22,195 bases of DNA from Atractiella rhizophila (taxonomy: Eukaryota): contig MU271355.1 of the NCBI GenBank assembly GCA_021432655.1, positions 62,001-84,195 on the forward strand, read 5' to 3'. The position numbers and the translations under genes were made by a program. The notes under the pieces are model-generated. The model did no database searches. It had not been told where the DNA came from and saw only the letters and a list, made by a program, of their open reading frames with translations. Positions 20,660 to 22,195 of this stretch are shown piece by piece. Within the stretch, counting starts at the first letter, position 1. Each line of letters opens with the position of its first letter.

Positions 20660-21369
20660 GTTTGGAATTCATCCACTCTTCGACTCAACATAATTACAGT
20701 CTGAGTCTAAAGTGTCTTTTTCAAAGGTGGTGCGCTCAAGGATAGGTCGAGTCTTGAAGTGCCTGTAACATTCGGCGGTCCAGCGTGCGACATCAAGATC
20801 TTCACACAAGCACCCATTAAGATATACTCAGTGCATTCAAACAAAGAAACGGTGCACCTATTAGGTCATTGTCAGTCCACTTCTGCTCAGCAGCATAATC
20901 AAGAACAGCTTTCGTATCATTAATGCTTGTTCGCTTCGGCAGCTTCTTTGAAGGTTTTGCTTTCTCCCCCTCACTATCCGTTTCGTGGAATCTTTTTTGG
21001 GAAGGGGTGGGAGAAGTGGTCAGATCAATAGTGGAAGTGGAGGTGGAGAGATTCCCTGGAGAAGAAGGATAGGTGGATGCCATGACAGAACGCAGGTCTG
21101 AAAAAATTGAGGGCTTACTGTGGCGGCTGTTCCTCAGGCTGTTCCTCCTTTCCTGCTCCTACGCGCCATGCGTCACATCGGATTGGACCACGCACTGAAC
21201 CATGCGGAGATCCACATCCACAAAAGAATTTTTTGAGAAATACTCACCCATCCCCGTACCCGCACCCCGTACTGGCGGTCCCCATGACCCCGCGGGTAAA
21301 CCCGTAAGGGGAAGGGGAAGGGACGGGCCAGAGGGATCCCGCGAGTTGTCAGCCCGTGTGGGAGCCTTA
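20660..21369 (-). mobile_element. 5' end fragment of an hAT-like DNA transposon
   Basis: Terminus TAAGGCTCCCACACGGG (21369 downward) and subterminal CCCG/CGGG-rich repeats (21247-21360) resemble fungal hAT ends. Exon 1 (21083-20858) and a 58-nt phase-1 intron (20800-20857) lead to DLDVARWTAECYRHFK, a BED-finger-like opening, then a stop near 20668. No DDE core is visible. Confidence 0.6.
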
Positions 21370-21871
21370 CTCGTCGCTCAATGGTGCATGTTGTTCCTGT
21401 TGCTGAGCGTGTTGCGGCGGAGGAGGTCCGCTGATATGAGGACTCTGATGTGTTTTAGCAGAATGTTCCATCCCACGAAAAAAATAATAAGCGATTCTTG
21501 GGTAGCGAGACAAGGGGCAGAATTTCGTCTCTTATATGGCAACTCAATTTGATATCACCAAAACTTCGTGATCATGCGTTTCACTATCAGGTGCTGCGGA
21601 GTGAATGGCATCGAAAACTGTGTCATTGACCAGTGCGATATAAATCTGTAGAAAGTACAAGAGTGTACAGTGCGGAGTTTGCACCGGAGAGAAAACCATG
21701 TCAGAACCCTTTCGGCATCTTTGTGCCATTCCTACGTGCCTACAGATCCGGCTTCACCTTCATTTTCGCCAACTCCGTCATGATCTGTGAGATGACTGCC
21801 GTCAAAGAACTACATAATTGTTGGTATTGTGAAATTGCAATGATTATTTCGCTATTTTTCTCAGTCTTTAT

Positions 21872-22069
21872 TGTTGGAGATAAGCGACAAACAGTGACAA
21901 TTATGGTCACATGAATGCCCCGCAATGCCCCGCAATGTAAAATACACATATACCCCCCTCACAAGGAATTTTTCCCTTCACGCTTCCCAGTGTGATAGGA
22001 AGAATCCTAGGTGAGTTTCTTCTGCAATGTACGCTTCCCAGTGTGATAGGAAGAATCCTAGTCTCAACA
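21872..22069 (+). mobile_element. 5' LTR (~198 bp) of a second Ty1/copia element running off the window
   Basis: Starts TGTTGGAGA and ends TCTCAACA, immediately followed by a PBS; contains an internal 31-bp direct repeat. Confidence 0.75.
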
Positions 22070-22081
22070 GGTTATGAGCCC
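22070..22081 (+). promoter_or_regulatory. Primer binding site GGTTATGAGCCC (internal initiator-tRNA-Met fragment type, as in copia/Ty5-like elements)
   Basis: Exact GGTTATGAGCCC directly after the LTR-terminal CA. Confidence 0.8.
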
Positions 22082-22195
22082 AACACTCTAGCCGGGAGAA
22101 AACCCTCATCTCGCACCCGCACCTAACAACAGACTTTGGACCCTATCAACAAGGAGCAGGGGTTGGAGATTAGATTATTTTCAGCAGGGGATCGG

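Noticed and set aside
22150..22195. Polypurine tract plus second LTR start (TRIM-like mini element)
   Set aside because: Only 9 nt (GTTGGAGAT) match the LTR start before diverging, and the window ends.

Overview
Eukaryotic, almost certainly fungal (basidiomycete-like: 44-70 nt GT-AG introns with CTRAY/CTCAC branch sites, F-box/LRR gene family), transposon-rich accessory region. The centrepiece (~4.2-11.4 kb, minus strand) is a near-complete tyrosine-recombinase retrotransposon of the DIRS order (Ngaro-like): ORF1/gag, RT-RNase H and YR. Its ORF1 and YR reading frames can only be assembled by removing at least four canonical spliceosomal introns. All four are phase 2, so each donor makes a stop codon 1 nt into the intron, whereas the RT/RH ORF shows no intron. 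Two introns are 87%-identical twins inside a 21-aa tandem repeat whose next junction is precisely intron-less. The element is bracketed by arrays of a ~21-bp palindrome-cored repeat (CTCGTACGAAAGGTTATTT) that also occurs at ~19.65 kb. Also present: a frameshifted F-box-like gene (8-1376), two convergent F-box/LRR paralogues (a decayed + copy at ~14.3-15.17 kb and a - copy at 17.0-19.45 kb with one in-frame stop), a truncated Ty1/copia element between them, the 5' end of an hAT-like DNA transposon (~20.66-21.37 kb), and a second copia LTR plus PBS at the right edge. All calls come from reading the sequence by eye; no database searches were run.
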